Below, one piece after another: positions 62,499 to 64,000 of a stretch of 64,000 nt of DNA; the first letter of the stretch is position 1; every line of letters starts with the position of its first letter. Source of the stretch: an uncultured Methanosarcinaceae archaeon (GTDB lineage Archaea > Halobacteriota > Methanosarcinia > Methanosarcinales > Methanosarcinaceae); assembly GCA_963847185.1 (NCBI GenBank), contig CAWJYV010000008.1:768001-832000 (forward strand). Reading direction: 5' to 3'. The position numbers and the translations under genes were made by a program. The notes beneath the pieces are model-generated. The model worked only from the letters and a program-made list of their open reading frames with translations. It searched no databases and had not been told where the DNA came from.

Positions 62499-63338
62499 AT
62501 GAATAAAAAGTGCCTATTGGTTTATCTCACAATTTTATCATTGATTCTTGTTTCCGGTTGCCTGGAAACTCCAGGTAAACTGTCAAACGAATCCGAAAGC
62601 AACACAAATCTAACCTTACAGGATCCTGCTCCTGGGAATGACGTCCTTTACCAGGTTTCCACAATTGATGCCTTGCTTCAGGGGGTTTATGATGGGGTTC
62701 TTCCTGCTGGGAAGCTTAAAACACACGGAGATTTTGGCATAGGAACTCTTGATGGTCTCGAAGGGGAAATGCTGGCTCTTGATGGTAATTATTATCAAAT
62801 CAAAACCGATGGGATTGCATATCCTGTTACTGAGGAAATGACAACTCCTTTTGCCACTGTCACCTATTTTGAAGCCGATAACAATTTCCGGCTTGAAAAA
62901 CCGATGAATCTTACAGAACTGGAAGAGTATCTGGATCAAAACCTGCCTGCGGAAAATCTTTTCTATGCTGTCAAAGTTGAAGGAAACTTTTCCTATCTGA
63001 AAGCTAGAAGCGTTCCTAAACAGGAAAAGCCATATCCCAAACTTGCAGATGCGGTTTCAAATCAAACTGTTTTTGAATTTGAAAATGTAAGCGGTACACT
63101 TGTAGGTTTCAGGACTCCTGAATATGTAAAAGGGGTAAACGTTCCAGGTTACCATATTCATTTCATCACTAAGGATAGACGCTCAGGAGGACACGTCCTC
63201 GATTTCCGACTTGACGGTGGAAATGCTTCTCTGGATACTACAAATGCTTTTTTTATGGAACTTCCCACTAGCGGAGACTTTAATAAAGTAGAATTGGGAA
63301 AGGATTTACAGGCTGAGTTGGAAACAGTTGAAAAGTGA
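62499..63338 (+). CDS. budA: Alpha-acetolactate decarboxylase with lipoprotein signal peptide
   Basis: YQVSTI..L..G.YDG, HGDFGIGT..LEGE, TPFA and GYHIHF..GGHV Zn motifs; N-terminal MNKK-hydrophobic-VSGC lipobox. Confidence 0.9.
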   Translation: MNKKCLLVYLTILSLILVSGCLETPGKLSNESESNTNLTLQDPAPGNDVLYQVSTIDALLQGVYDGVLPAGKLKTHGDFGIGTLDGLEGEMLALDGNYYQIKTDGIAYPVTEEMTTPFATVTYFEADNNFRLEKPMNLTELEEYLDQNLPAENLFYAVKVEGNFSYLKARSVPKQEKPYPKLADAVSNQTVFEFENVSGTLVGFRTPEYVKGVNVPGYHIHFITKDRRSGGHVLDFRLDGGNASLDTTNAFFMELPTSGDFNKVELGKDLQAELETVEK

Positions 63339-63530
63339 TTTTTCTTTTCCGCCTTTTATTTTTTCTCTTATCTTTTTTATTCTGATTTTCATTTTTCATT
63401 TATTTTTTCTTAACGTTCACTCTTCAACGTCCCAGTTCTTCAGAGATTTTGCAGCTTTATCATCTGGATCTTTACTGTTCTAATTAAATCTATTTTGCAC
63501 AGGAAGTAACAGCTCTTAAAATATATGACT

Positions 63531-63704
63531 TTATATACACATTAATGAAACTTTCATTTTAAGATTTGTTTCTGATATCTCTCCAAACTCTTTTGAATGA
63601 TTTATTTTTGAACGATTTGTTTTTGAATTATTTATGCTTCTGAAACTCTCAAACTGTTCATAGTATTGAGCACGTTCTACCAATCCTTTGAATATTTCCT
63701 CCAT
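63531..63704 (-). CDS. Small hypothetical protein (57 aa)
   Basis: Perfect GAGGTGA RBS just upstream of ATG 63704. Confidence 0.55.
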   Translation of the reverse strand: MEEIFKGLVERAQYYEQFESFRSINNSKTNRSKINHSKEFGEISETNLKMKVSLMCI

Positions 63705-64000
63705 TGTATTCACCTCTATTCTTAAAAACTACTTCAGTACTTATTAATCTCCACCTAGCAGGTGAAAGTATTTTTTCGTAGGGTCTCAGGGAAACGGTTT
63801 CAAAGTTTTGTGTCTGATGATACTGGAATTTTTTATAGATATTTAAAAAATAAGTTATTTGGGAAGAAAGTTGCTGAGAAAGAAAGTTGCTGAAATGGAA
63901 AAAGCCTAGAGTAAAAATGATAACAGGAGTGAAACAAAAATTGGTTAGGTAATATAATAGGAAGTGATGTGATGCCCAATTGTAAATGGAGTGTTAAAAA

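Noticed and set aside
63972-64000. Possible gene start (ATG CCC AAT TGT..) at the window edge
   Set aside because: Too little sequence to support a call

Overview
64 kb of core chromosome from a Methanosarcina-type methanogenic archaeon, inferred from gene content and order. In order it carries: an HD-domain gene, tfe, an ATP-grasp gene and nmd3; a 71-bp hairpin tandem array; a complete ACDS operon (cdhA-B-C-cooC-D-E, minus strand) with a ~370-nt leader; rhomboid, NYN, methanogenesis marker 12, ACT, paaK, DHH, pfdB and M42 peptidase genes; a branched-chain amino-acid cluster (cimA, two tandem ilvBN pairs, ilvC); tRNA-Arg(CCG); an NfnAB/SudAB-type pair; arsR with a palindromic operator plus a decayed arsM; an N-glycosylation locus (manC, rfbCBDA, flippase, six glycosyltransferases, three tandem aglB); coenzyme B genes aksE and aksF; mntP; and a lipoprotein-type acetolactate decarboxylase. 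Single-base indels in cdhA, cdhB, aglB1, aksF and one GT2 look mostly like assembly errors. The most notable signals are: cimA appears to lack any canonical start codon upstream of its catalytic DTTLRDGEQ motif, with Ile codons ATT/ATA directly after the RBS; a REP-like hairpin array; a promoter-bounded structured sRNA/sORF upstream of the NYN gene; several long intergenic fold-backs; and an apparently exported, sequon-rich acetolactate decarboxylase. No CRISPR array or transposase was seen. All calls come from reading the sequence and recognising motifs; no searches were run.
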